This document shows positions 18,808 to 30,196 of a DNA stretch of 64,000 nucleotides, piece after piece (the first letter of the stretch is position 1; every line of letters begins with the position of its first letter). Position numbers and translations under genes: made by a program. The stretch is from assembly GCA_963746875.1 (NCBI GenBank), contig CAVVDA010000005.1:618729-682728 (forward strand), written 5' to 3'. This DNA is from Thermoanaerobaculia bacterium (lineage in GTDB: Bacteria > Acidobacteriota > Thermoanaerobaculia > UBA5066). The notes under the pieces are model-generated. The model saw nothing but the letters and a program-made list of their open reading frames with translations, did no database searches and was not told where the DNA came from.

Positions 18808-18936
18808 ATATGCGGCGGCTGCTGATGCAGCCGCCGATATTTGAAAATCTTCTTCCCGAATGGCCGATGTCAAGGGCGCGCTTCGCGCGCCGCTCTGCGG
18901 TCGCGGACCCTTGACATCGGCCGTTCGGGAAATATC
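18808..18936. repeat. Intergenic double inverted-repeat element
   Basis: 10-bp perfect hairpin CGGCGGCTGC-TGAT-GCAGCCGCCG (18813-18836). 24-bp arms 18853-18876 and 18908-18931 with one mismatch. Confidence 0.85.
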
Positions 18937-18966
18937 TTTTCTTAGCAAAATCTTCTTTCTTCCTCT

Positions 18967-19917
18967 TCAGTTCGTGGTCTCGTGCGAAGCGACCGCGACT
19001 TCGGCGATGAGCTTTTCCCGCCGCGCGTCGGCCTCGGGCGTGCCCTTGATGTCGATCAGGGACCTCACGTAGTACGCCATCGCCCAGAGATCGTCGTCCG
19101 GCAGCGCGCCCTTCCACGTGGGCATGGCCGTGCCGCCGATGCCCGAGGCGATCGTGCGGTAGATGTCCTCGAGCGTCTCGCCGGAGCGGACGTGGTCGCG
19201 CGTGAAGTCCGGCGGCATGAGCTTGTACCCGTAGTCGCTCTCCTTCAGCTCGGCGTGATACGCGTCCGGGCGGAGGGTCGCCTCGCGCTTGGACAGCTCC
19301 ATGCTCGCGGCGTTGATCGTCTCTTTCGTCTCGTACGCCGGGTGGCACGAGAGGCATTGCGCCATCCCGTGGTAGACCTTCATCCCGCGCGTGACGGCCT
19401 CGTCCCGCCGCTCTTTCCCCCAGGGATCGGGGCCCGGCACGATCGGCTCGCCGGGCGTTTTCTCGGCCCACTTCGGCGAGAGCGTCTTGATGTACTGGAT
19501 GATGTCCATGAGCTCGCGCTCGGGGACGTCGTTCCACGGGAGCATCGCGCTGCCGTGCAGCCCCTTCTGAATGATGCGCATGAAGTCTTCGTCGTTCGGA
19601 AGCTGGCCGCTCGCCACCGCTCCGAACTTGAACTGGCCCTGCGTGAAGTTGCGCGGCGGCGGGCGAAGGCCGATCGCAGCGGGCCCTTTCCCGTCGCCCT
19701 TCACGCCGTGGCAGGCGGAGCAGTACGTCAGGAAGAGATGCTCGCCGCTGTTCAGGCGGCGCGCCGAGACCTTCTTCCCGCCGAGGGTCATCGACTTCTT
19801 GAAGGTCTTGCCCGGTCCCGAGCAGCCGGTGCCGCACCGCGAGCGCAGCACAGCGCGCCGAGCAACGCTGCCGCGACGTCCGCGCCGCGTCGCCGATCCG
19901 CTTCGTCCGACCTTCAT
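18967..19917 (-). CDS. Diheme c-type cytochrome (probable lipoprotein)
   Basis: Two CxxCH motifs (CSACH, CLSCH), each followed by a distal Met motif (SAMLPW, TAMPTW). Confidence 0.9.
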   Translation of the reverse strand: MKVGRSGSATRRGRRGSVARRAVLRSRCGTGCSGPGKTFKKSMTLGGKKVSARRLNSGEHLFLTYCSACHGVKGDGKGPAAIGLRPPPRNFTQGQFKFGAVASGQLPNDEDFMRIIQKGLHGSAMLPWNDVPERELMDIIQYIKTLSPKWAEKTPGEPIVPGPDPWGKERRDEAVTRGMKVYHGMAQCLSCHPAYETKETINAASMELSKREATLRPDAYHAELKESDYGYKLMPPDFTRDHVRSGETLEDIYRTIASGIGGTAMPTWKGALPDDDLWAMAYYVRSLIDIKGTPEADARREKLIAEVAVASHETTN

Positions 19918-19945
19918 AGAAATCTTCTCTTCTCTTTCTTCTTTC

Positions 19946-20541
19946 CTAGAGCAGATAGACCGCGACGAACATGACGACCCAGACGGCGTCGACGAAGTGC
20001 CAGAACATGGCCGACAGGCGGACGCGTGCTCGACCGGCCCGAGACGAGGCGCCCGGAGAGCGCGCCCGGCAGGAGGACGGCGAGGGCCACGAGACCCGCG
20101 AGGACGTGGACCGCGTGGAAGACGGTCAGGGAGTAGAAGATCGACCCGTACGTCCCCGTGTCGATCCGGAATCCGGAGCGCCAGAGCGGGACCCACACGG
20201 CGAGCTGCAGCGCGAGGAACAGGCTCCCGAGCGCGAGCGTCCCGAGGAGCGCGCGCCGGAGCATGCCCCGCTTCTCCTCCGCTTCCGGGCGGACGCCGCA
20301 GGTGGAGGACGGCGCTCGAGGCGAGGAGCACGATCGTGTTCAGGAAGGGCAGCAGCCTCGGGAGCGGCTGGAGGCCGTCCGGCGGCCAGGCCGGCGCCCT
20401 CAGGCGCAGGACCGCGTACGCGAAGAAGAGCGCGACGAAGAGCATCGTCCACGAGGCGAGCGCCATCACCATCCCGACGAACGAGGTCCGCCGGGACTCT
20501 TCGGGCACCGGAAAGCGGGTGACGGCCACCGCGGTGCTCAT
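19946..20541 (-). CDS. Cytochrome c oxidase subunit III family (copy 1); frameshifted
   Basis: GMVMALASWTMLF, LPFLNTIVLLASS, TVFHAVHV, MFWHFVDAVW pieced across frames. Confidence 0.85.
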
Positions 20542-22343
20542 CAGCTGCCGACGGCACCCAGAGCGACGGGCTCGTCGCCGATCGGCTCGTCCTGCGCGAG
20601 CCAGTCCTTGCCGTCCACCGCCGGGTTGTTGAACTCGTGCGGGCCGTGGAGAACGATGGGGATCTCGTCGTAGTTGTGGTGCGGGGGCGGCGAGGGAATC
20701 GTCCACTCGAGCGTGCCGACCTCCCACGGGTTCTCCGTCGCCTTCTTCCCGGAGATCAGGGCTCGAGAGGAAGTTGCCGACGAAGAGGAACTGCGAGGCG
20801 CCGAGGAGGAGCGCCGCGCGCGTCATCCACACGTTCACCGGGTGGAGGTGCTTGAGGAACTCGTACGCCTCGTAGTTGTAGAGGCGGCGCTGCATGCCGC
20901 CGTAGCCCACGATGAGCATCCCGCAGAAGATGACGTTGATCGGGATGATCGTGAGCCAGAAGTGCCACTTGCCGAGCGTGTCGTTCATCATCTTCCCGAA
21001 CATCTTCGGGAACCAGAAGTAGATCGCCGCGAAGCGCGCCGAGCAGGACGGAAGCCGCCATCGTGAGGTGGAAGTGGCCGATCACGAAGTACGAGTCGTG
21101 CAGGTAGATGTCCGACGAGATCGCGCCGAGGTGGAGGCCCGTGAGGCCGCCGAGGCCGAACACGAAGACGACGCCGAGCGCGAAGAGCATCGGCGTCGCG
21201 AAGCGGATCGAGCCCCGCCACATCGTCCCGAGCCAGTTCAGGAAGAACACGGCCGACGGGATCGAGATGAGCATCGTGAGCGTCATGAAGCCCTGCGAGA
21301 GGAGCGGGCTCATGCCGACGACGAACATGTGGTGCCCGTAGACGACCATCGAGAGGAGCGTGATGACGCTCATCGAGAGCGCCGTCGCCTTGTAGCCGAA
21401 CGCGGGCTTGCGCGAGAAGAACGACAGGAGGTCCGACACGATGCCCCACGCGGGCAGGATGAGGATGTAGACCTCGGGGTGGCCGAAGATCCAGAAGAGG
21501 TGCTGGTAGAGGATCGGGTCGCCGCCGCCCTTCGTGATCGCGGCGCCCGCGAGGAAGAAGTGGCTCCCGAAGACGCGGTCGAGGAAGAGGAGGAGGACGC
21601 CCGCCGCGAGGACCGGCACGAAGAGGGCGTTCAGGATGGCCGTGAGCCAGATGCCCCACACCGAGAGCGGCATCTGGAAGTAGCCCATGCCGGGCGCCCG
21701 CAGGCGGACGACCGTCGTGATGTAGTTGACGGCCGCCCATGATCGACGCGCTTCCCGGTGAAGAAGATCGCCGACGATCCAGAGCGTCTGGCCGTGGCCG
21801 GGGGAGCCCACGAGCGTCGAGAGCGTCGGGTACGACTGCCAGCCTCCCGCCGCGGCGCCCATCGGCACGAAGAACGAGACGATCATGCAGGAGCCCGCGA
21901 CGACGTTCGTCCAGAACGACAGCAGGTTCAGCGTGGGGAACGCCATGTCGCGCGCGCCGATCATGAGCGGGATCAGGAGGTTCCCGAACGCGCCGATGAG
22001 GATCGGCGTGATCGCGAAGAAGATCATGAGCGTCCCGTGCATCGTGAAGAACGACGCGTAGGACTGCGGGGGCATGACGCCGCCGCTCTGGGGCCACAGG
22101 AGCTGGCCGAGCACGGGGAACGGCGTGCCGGGATAGGCGATCTGCCAGCGGATCATCATCGCCATGGCCCCGCCCACGACGAGGAAGAAGAGGCCGTACC
22201 AGAGGAACTGCTTCGCGATGACCTTGTGGTCCGTCGAGAAGACGTACCTCCTGACGAACGACGTCGGCTCCGGGTGGATGTGCTGTTCCGCGTGGAATTC
22301 GGGGCCGACGTGAAGGTGCCGGACGGCGGCCGGTTTGCTCATC
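20541..22343 (-). CDS. ctaD: Cytochrome c oxidase subunit I (A1-type motif); several frameshifts
   Basis: STDHKVI, TMHGTLMIF, FPTLN, FGHPEVY, GHHMF, HFH ligands. Confidence 0.95.
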
Positions 22344-22359
22344 GCTGCATCGCCCATCT

Positions 22360-23113
22360 CTACTGCACCCACTCCCAGCCCCACAGTTGTTCCTTGTCGG
22401 CCGGGTCGAAACGGCGCTTCGCGTCGCCCACGGCTTCCTTCATCCAGCGCTCGAAGTCGGCCTCGGGCTCGACGAAGAGATCGCCCTTCATCTTGTAGTG
22501 GGCCCACCCGCACATCTGCGAGCACGCGATCTCGAAGTTGCCCGGCTTGAGCGCCTGGAACCAGCGTGCGCGTCACGTAGCCCGGGTTCGCGTCGTGCTT
22601 CAGGCGGAAGTTCGGGATGTAGAAGCTGTGGATGACGTCCTTCGCCTTGAGGTTCAGCATCACGGGACGCCCGACGGGCACCCGCATCTCGTTGAGCGTG
22701 ACGACGTCGTCCGGCGTGTTGAAGACTCCGTCGGGCCCGGCATAGCGGATGTTCCACGCCCACTGCTGGGGCATGACCTCGATCCTGAGAGTGTCGGGCG
22801 AGGTCGGCCAGTTGTACGTGTACTCCTTCACGTCGATCTGCGACACCCTCACGAGGTTCATGTCGATCGTCACGAAGACGAGGGCGGCCAGGATGCCGGT
22901 GACGGCGAAGCTCTTCCGGTCCGTGCCGTGGGTGTACAGCGCCTTGACGCCCGGCCGCGCGCGGTACTTCCACGACGAGTACACGAGCGCGAACGCGACG
23001 AGCGCGAACGCGATCACGCACAGGAGCGTCGTGTACCAGAAGAGGGCTTCCGCCCGCCACCCGTCCCGCGAGACGTCGACGGTCGTCAGCCACGCAAAAG
23101 GCCAGTGGTGCAT
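22360..23113 (-). CDS. ctaC: Cytochrome c oxidase subunit II; frameshift near 22565
   Basis: QQWAW, DVIHSF, CuA motif CSQMCGWAHYKM. Confidence 0.95.
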
Positions 23114-23132
23114 TTCGTCCCCTCGCTGGGCG

Positions 23133-23161
23133 GTTATAAGGGGAACAGAGTCTCAGTTCAA
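23133..23161 (-). promoter_or_regulatory. Sigma70-type promoter of the oxidase operon
   Basis: TTGAAC-17 nt-TATAAC on the minus strand, 20 nt upstream of the subunit II ATG, with a GAGGGG RBS. Confidence 0.7.
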
Positions 23162-23206
23162 GTCGGCCTGCGACTCGTTCTAGAATCCGGACACGAGGAG
23201 GCGACG

Positions 23207-23451
23207 ATGGCCGACGAAGAGCGCGCACGGGGGCCACGAAACCCCACAAGGGCCACAAGGCGGTGCTGATCTTCCTCTTCGCGCTCCTGGCCTACTCGGT
23301 GCTGCCCGTCTTCGGCGTCGGCTTCTACCGGAACGGCTCGGGCCAGCTCTTCTTCGAGCTCTGGTACCTCATCGGCTTCATGATCATCGCGTTCTTCCTG
23401 ATGCACGAGCTCATCACGCCGCTGCCGCCGAAGGACACGGAACGGGGATAG
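23207..23451 (+). CDS. Small two-TM hypothetical protein; probable frameshift near 23255
   Basis: GAGGAGG RBS and ATG at 23207; hydrophobic VLIFLFALLAYSVLPVFG and LWYLIGFMIIAFFLMH. Confidence 0.55.
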
Positions 23452-23455
23452 CGGC

Positions 23456-26400
23456 TCAGTCGAACCGGACGCTGACGAGCTTCGAGACTCCCGGCTCTTC
23501 CTGCGTGACGCCGTAGAGCGCCTGCGCGGTCTCCATCGTCCTCTTGTTGTGCGTGATGAGGACGAACTGCGTCTCCTCGGACAGCTCGACGAGGAGCGAC
23601 GTGAAGCGGTCGATGTTCGCCTCGTCGAGCGAGGCGTCGACCTCGTCGAGGATGCAGAACGGCGACGGCTTGTACTTGAAGATCGCGACGAGGAGCGCGA
23701 CGGCCGTGAGCGCTTTCTCGCCGCCCGAGAGGAGGCCGATCGTCTGGTTCCGCTTGCCGGGCGGCTGCGCCATGATCTCGAGCCCCGAGTCCAGGGGGTC
23801 CCCCTCGTCGAGGAGGTGCATCGAGGCGGTCCCGCCGTGGAACAGGCGCTGGAAGACCTGGCCGAAGTTGAAGTTGACGGCCGCGAAGGCCTCCTGGAAG
23901 CGCTCCGACGAGGTCGTGTTGATCGTCCTGATGGTCTCGAGGATCTGCGCGAGCGACGCGTCGAGGTCGGCCTTCTGGGCCGAGAGCTCTGGAGCCGCTT
24001 GCTCTCGACCTCGTACTCCTCGAGCGCCGCATGGTTGACGGGGCCGAGCCGTTCGAGCGCGAGCGAACGGGACACGACGTCCTCGGAGAGCGCGGCCTCG
24101 AGCGCGTCGGCGGCGAGGACCGCCTCCTCCTCGCTCCTCTCGAAGGCCGGCAGCTCGCCCGGGAGGCAGCCGAACTCGGTCCGGCACTGCTCGAGGAGGT
24201 GATCCTGGTCGGCCTTGTGGCGCTCGAGGGCGAGCTCGGCCTCGAAGCGCGCTCGCCGCACGGCGTCGAGGGCCTCGCGTTGGGCGGCGGCGCGCGCCTC
24301 GGCGTCCGCGCGCGCCTCGCGCCGTGACGTCGCCGCTTCGTCGCTCCCGGCGCGGAGGCCGGTCGGCCTCGGCGGCGGCGATCGCGGCCGCCCCCTGCGC
24401 CGCCCGCGCGGCTTCGCCGGCCGCGAGGGCCTGCGCGCGCCGGAGTCCGATCTCGACGAGCGCGTCGGCAAGCTCGGCGACACGGCGCGCCGCGTCGCGG
24501 GCGCGCTCCTCGGCCGCCGCCGAGGCGTCGGCGAGGGAGCGGGAGCGCTCGGCGAGGACGTCGCGCCCGTTGCGCGCGGCGGCATCGGCCTCGGCCGCCG
24601 CGAGGCGCGTGGACGCGCGCGGCGTCGAGCGCCGTCTCCAGCTCCGAGAGCGTGCGTTCCACGGTCGCCATCTCGGATTGCCGCTGCGCCGCGAGGCGCG
24701 CCGCCTCCGTCCGGCTCTCGCCGGCTTTCGCGAGGTCCTGTCGGAGCGCGTCGCCCTCCTCGGCGAGGACGCGCAGCTCCTTCACGGCGCGCTCTTCCTC
24801 CGTGCGCGCGGCGGCGCTCTTCGCCTCGGCCTCGGAATGCGCGCGCTCGGCGGCACTCCTGGCGGCGAGGGCGGCGTCGAGCGTCGCGGCGAACGTTCCG
24901 ACCTGCTCGCGCGAGGGAGCCGATCTCGGCGTCCGCGGCCGCCAGCTTCGCCACGACGCCTTTCCGCTCCACGGCGAGGTTCACGAGGTCGCGCCGGACC
25001 GTGAAGAGGCCCTCTCCCGGCACGTCGGTGCCGGCGGCCTCGACCACCGCGCCCCGCACGACGACGCCGTCCTTCGTCACGAGCGTGCGCTCGGGATGCA
25101 GCGCCGCGAGCGCGAGCGCGTCGTCCACGTTCGCGACGACGACGGCGTCGGGCAGAGCGGACAGCCGGCGCTCCCGCGGACTTCGCGGCGAGGAGCTCGC
25201 GCGCGATGCCGAGGACGCGCGGGTCCTTCGGCTTCAGCGGAAACGGCGTCTCCGGGAGCGGGTGGACGAAACGCGCCGCGCCGAGCTTCTTCTCGCGCAC
25301 GGCGCGCGAGCGCGGCGTCGAGCGCGGAGCGCGTTTCGAGGACGGGCGCCTCGAGCGCGGATCCGAGAGCGGCGTCCAGGGCCTTCTCGAAGCCGGCCGC
25401 CGCGTCGAAGTGGTCGGCGAGGACCCCCTTCGGCGCGACGTTCGCGGCCTCGAGCGCGCGGCGCGCGGACTCGCCTCCGGCTTCACGCGCGGCGAGCGTC
25501 GTTTCGAGCGCGGCGGCGCGAACGTCCACGGCGTGGAGCGCCGCGACGTGGGCCTCACGCACGGCCTTGAGAGTCGCGAGGCGGTCCTCGGCGGCCCTGC
25601 GGCCGTGGCTGGCTTCGTCGAGATGCCGCCGCGCCGCTTCGAGGGCGGAGACCGCCGCGGCGAGGAGCGCGCCGGCGCCGGCGGAGACCGTCCTGCGCTC
25701 GTCCACGAGCGATGCAGCCCGCGCCCGGCGCTCCTCGAGCTTCGCGAGCGCGAAGCCGAGGCGGTCGACGAGCAGGGCGGTCGTCGCGCTCGCGGTTCGT
25801 GGCCTCGGCGGAGCGGGCCCCCGCGGAGAGAAGGTCGCGCCGCGAGCCCTCGCGCCGCGCCGTCACGTCGGCCTCGCGGGCCGAGACCTCGTGCGAGCGC
25901 GTGCGCCGCGGCGACGGCGGCGGCCGCCGGCCTCGGCGAGCGCCGCCTCCGCCTCTTCCCGGGCCTTCATCGTGCGGCCGGCCTCCTCGACGAACCGGCC
26001 GTGGTCGGATTCCGATTCCCGGCGCTGCGCCTCGAGCAGCTCCTGGCGCGCGGCGGCTTCCTCGGCCTCGCGCGCGGCCGCCGCGACGGCGGCCTCGGCG
26101 GCGAGGAGCGTCTCTCTCGCTCGCGCGAGTGCGTCGCCCGCCTCGCGGACCGAGCGCTCGTCCTCGTCCGCGACGCGGCGCGCCTCCGTGACCTCCGCTT
26201 CGAGCCGGGCGAGATCCGCGAGCGACGCGCCCTCGGCGTCCGTCGCTGTCTCGAGGGCCGCCTGGCCCGCGGCGAAGCCCGTCTGAAGGCGGTCGGCGCG
26301 CAGCCGCGCGAGCTTCTTCTTCTGCCCCGAGAGGAGGTCGGCCTGCTCTTTCCAGCGCGCGGCGCGCGAGGCCTGCCGCTTCAGCGACGTGCACGTCCGC

Positions 26401-27002
26401 TCGATCTCCGAGACGATGTCCGTGAGGCGCAGGAGGTTTCCGCGCGTCTCCTCGAGCTTCACCTCGGCCTGACGCTTGCGGATCTTGTACTTCGAGACGC
26501 CGGCGGCCTCCTCGATGAGCCGGCGGCGGTCCTGCGGCTTCGTCGAGAGGATGAGGTCGATCTTCTGCTGCTCGATGATCGAGTACGCGCGCACGCCGAG
26601 TCCGGTGCCGAGCAGGATCTCCTGCACGTCCTTGAGGCGCGACCTCTTTCCGTTGAGGATGTAGTCGCTCTCGCCGTCGCGCGTGACGCGTCGCGTGATG
26701 ACGACCTCGCCGCCCGTCTCGGCCCACTGGTCGCCGCCGCGCGACTCGAGCGTGAGCGCGACCTCCGCCATCCCGAGCGGCCGCCGGCGCGCGGCCCCGT
26801 TGAAGATGACGTCCTCCATCGTCGTGCCGCGCAGGCTCTTCGCCGACTGCTCGCCGAGCACCCACTGCACGGCGTCGCAGATGTTGGACTTGCCGGAGCC
26901 GTTCGGGCCGACGATCGCCGTGATGCGCGACGGCAGGGTGACGGAGGTCTTGTCCACGAAGGACTTGAAGCCCTGGATCTCGAGTCTCTTCAGTCGGAAC
27001 AT
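23456..27002 (-). CDS. smc: Chromosome segregation protein SMC; multiple frameshifts
   Basis: Walker A GPNGSGKSN, coiled coils, hinge, LSGGEK and ILDEVDASLD. Confidence 0.95.
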
Positions 27003-27047
27003 CAGCGCCTTTTCACGGGAGGACGGGTCCGGAGTACCGACCTACCA

Positions 27048-28035
27048 CTACATTTTGAGGTGTCGCCGGCCCGGGGACTCAACCGGCTGGGGTTTCGGGG
27101 CCGATCGGGGTGCCGCGTCGAGAGCTTTCAGAAGGCCCGATCGCGAGCCCACGCCGAGCTTCGAAAAGACGTGCTTGAGGTGGTCCTTGACGGTCCACTC
27201 CGTGATGAAGAGGCGGCGCGCGATCTCCGCGTTGCGAAGCCCTTCGAGCACCGCGCCCACGACATCGGCCTCGCGGCCGGACACGCCGCGCGTCGCGAGT
27301 CTCTCGCGCACGTCTTCGAGGGAGAGCGCCGACTGGACCTTCAGCGTGAGAACGGCGACGTCGTCCTCCTCTTCGTCGGCGAACCGCGCGACCGAGGCTT
27401 CGAGGGCCCGGCCGTCGGCGAGGACGGCGCACCACTTTTCGCCGGCGGCGGCTGCCGCCCCGAGGCGCGCGATCCAGGTCGCGAGCGAGATCTCGCGGCC
27501 GTCTCTCGGGACGACGAGAAGCGGGCTCGCGGGCCGAGAGGAGCGCCGCGGCGGCGCGATTCGCGTAGAGCACGGAGCCCGACGGCCGGACGAGAAGGAT
27601 CGGCGTGGACGCCGCTTCGGCCGCGCTCTCCAGCCGGCGACGGGCCGCGGCGTGGATCTCGGCGGCCGCCGCGCTCTCGAGGAGCTGGGCGAGAAGCGGC
27701 CGGAAGACCTCGAATCGAAGGATCTCCGGCTCCGTCCACGGCCTTCGCGGGCCGCGCAGCAGGGTGAGCGCACCGCTGAGGAGGCCCGTCAGGTGGAACT
27801 CCACGGCCAGGGATTCCGCCGGCGTCGAATGCCGCGGGGCCGGGCGCAAGCTGCCCGCCGTGAACACGCGACTGCGCAAGGCCCGCCAGCGGAAGCGCTG
27901 CCCGGAGGGCTCGAAGAGATACTCCATCTCGACCGAATCCGGATCGAGGACCGAGCGCACGGTGGCGACGATTCGCGTCAGCGCCGTGGCGCGGCGCCCG
28001 CGGAAGGGCGGCCCGTCGAGCGGGGAAACCGGCAT
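27048..28035 (-). CDS. LuxR-family HTH regulator with GAF/PAS-like input; frameshift near 27530
   Basis: READVVGAVLEGLRNAEIARRLFITEWTVKDHLKHVFSKLGV; PAS-like ILLVRPSGSVLYAN; AGGAGG RBS. Confidence 0.85.
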
Positions 28036-28190
28036 GCGTCGCGCTCAACCTCCTCCTTTGATTCTAAGCGCCCCACGGCCGGGCGCCGCCCGTCGTTCAA
28101 TTTGTGTTGACGAGGCGCGGACACCCCCCGAGCCGTGATAGGCTGGTGTCTGTACAGGAAACTGTCTCCCCGCGGCGGAGGATCCGTTCC

Positions 28191-30104
28191 ATGTTGAGCT
28201 TTGAAGTCCGCAAAACGGGCGGCGAATCGGAAGTTCGCAAGGTCCATCGGGATGTCATCCACATTGGCGCTTCGACGGGCAATGATCTCGTTGTGCGCGC
28301 CCGCGGCGTACTCGGCCGGCACGCCCGGATCTCCGTGGCCGGAGAGGAGCTTCGCCTCGAGGTGCTCGGGAGCGCTCCCGGCTCCGACGTGACCCTGAAC
28401 GGCTCGATCGTCAAGACGGCCGCCCTCGCCGCGGGGGACCGGATCGCCATCGGCGAGGCCACGATCACGCTCCTGAACGGCCCGGCTCCGAATCCGAACC
28501 GGATCGCGGCGCCTCCGCCTCGCGGACGCGACGCTCTTTCGCTCGCGACGGCGGCGCTTTCGCCTCTCGCCCCGGCCCCCGCTCCTGCTCCGGCGAACGC
28601 TCCGGCCGCGGTCGCGGCGCGGCCGGCCCGGTCCGGCCGGGCGTCTCGCCGCGGCCCCGGTCGAGGCGCCGCCGCGGGCGGAGGAGCGGTCCACGCGAGA
28701 TCCCTGGCCGGGATTCTTCAAGCGCCTCCACCGGCCGGTCCCCTTCGAAGAGCTGCTTCAGGAGGTCACGGCCTACATCGCGTCGGCGACGCCTCTGCAC
28801 AGCCTCGCGTTCGTGTCGCTGCTTCCTCCGAACGAAGGCGAGGCGATCGCGGCGCTCTGGAAGGGAACGCTTCCGCGCCTCTCGGCCCAGAGCCTCGCGG
28901 AGGCGCGCGAGAAAGCCGCGCCCTGGGAGGTCTCCGAATCGGGCGCCGGCTGCGCGCGTTCCCCGTTCCGCGGCCCGCGGGCGAGAGCGTCGGTCTTCTC
29001 CTCGTTCCCGCCGAGACCGTCTCCGATCCGGCGCTCCTCGATTTCGTCGCGCACGCGGCGGCCGCGGTCGGCTTCGTGCACGGCGAGCGGAGCGAGGCGG
29101 CCTTCGGCGAGCGCGGCGCCTCGCTGGCGCCCGCTCCCTTCGCGGTCCCCCTGGAGGATCCGCTCGCGCTCCTCGTCGGCGGGTCGCTGGCGCTGTCGAA
29201 TCTCAAGGCGTCGCTGTCGCGCGTCGCGGCGGCGCGCGCGCCGATTCTCCTCGTGGGGGACGTCGGCAGCGGAAAGACGCTCGTGGCCGAGACGCTGCAC
29301 GCTCTCTCGCCGCGGCGCTCACGCCCGCTCGTGCGCGTCTCGGCGACGGCCGCGAGCCCCCAGGCGCTCGAGGAGGATCTGCTCGGGGCCCCCGCCGCGG
29401 GCGACCGCCGGCGCCGGGTGGGCCGGCTCTTCGAGGCGGACGGAGGCACTCTCCTCGTCGAGGAAGTGGGCGACCTGCCCGCTCCGACGCAGGCGCTGCT
29501 CTTCCGCCTGCTCGAGGCCCGCGAGGTGACGGCGCCGGGCGGGCGGACCGTGCCGGTCGACGTGCGCGTCATCGGCACGACCTCGCGGCCCCTCACGCGC
29601 GCCGTCGAGGACGGCGCCTTCCGCGACGACCTCTACTTCCGTCTCTCGGCGCTCACGCTGCGGCTGCCGCCGCTCAAGGATCGGAAGGAAGACATCCCGG
29701 CTCTCCTCGACGCGCTCGCGGCGCGACACGGCGGCCCGGCGGCGGAGCACTTCGACGTCGAGGCGATGAACGCTCTCCTCAACTATCAGTATCCCGGCAA
29801 CGTGCGCGAGCTCGAGAACGAGGTGCGGCGTCTCGCCGCCCAGATCGGGCCCGGCGCCATCACGCTGGCCGACCTCGACCAGAAGTTCTCGGGCGAGCAC
29901 GTCGAGCTCGCGCTCAAGGAAAGCGACGACCTCAAGGAGATCGTCGAGAAAGTGGAGCGCCAGGTCATCGAGCGCGTCATGCGCAAGGTGCGCGGAAACC
30001 AGTCGCTCGGCGCGCGGCTCCTGAACATCTCGCGGGGCAGCCTCATCGCGAAGATGAAGGAGTACGACATAAAGGACTTCCGCTACCTGAAGCGGGGGGA
30101 CTAG
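28191..30104 (+). CDS. FHA domain plus AAA+ (sigma54-activator-like) plus Fis-HTH regulator; frameshifts near 28640 and 28990
   Basis: FHA (IHIGASTGNDL...GVLGRHA...LNG), GDVGSGKT, FRDDLYFRL, YPGNVRELEN, C-terminal HTH. Confidence 0.85.
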   Translation: MLSFEVRKTGGESEVRKVHRDVIHIGASTGNDLVVRARGVLGRHARISVAGEELRLEVLGSAPGSDVTLNGSIVKTAALAAGDRIAIGEATITLLNGPAPNPNRIAAPPPRGRDALSLATAALSPLAPAPAPAPANAPAAVAARPARSGRASRRGPGRGAAAGGGAVHARSLAGILQAPPPAGPLRRAASGGHGLHRVGDASAQPRVRVAASSERRRGDRGALEGNASAPLGPEPRGGARESRALGGLRIGRRLRAFPVPRPAGESVGLLLVPAETVSDPALLDFVAHAAAAVGFVHGERSEAAFGERGASLAPAPFAVPLEDPLALLVGGSLALSNLKASLSRVAAARAPILLVGDVGSGKTLVAETLHALSPRRSRPLVRVSATAASPQALEEDLLGAPAAGDRRRRVGRLFEADGGTLLVEEVGDLPAPTQALLFRLLEAREVTAPGGRTVPVDVRVIGTTSRPLTRAVEDGAFRDDLYFRLSALTLRLPPLKDRKEDIPALLDALAARHGGPAAEHFDVEAMNALLNYQYPGNVRELENEVRRLAAQIGPGAITLADLDQKFSGEHVELALKESDDLKEIVEKVERQVIERVMRKVRGNQSLGARLLNISRGSLIAKMKEYDIKDFRYLKRGD

Positions 30105-30196
30105 CCGCGCTTCGACGCGGTTGTGAACGTTGACTTCCGTGCGGGGCGCGGTAGGCTCACCCCGTCAAGACGAACGAACGAGTGACTGGAGACCTT

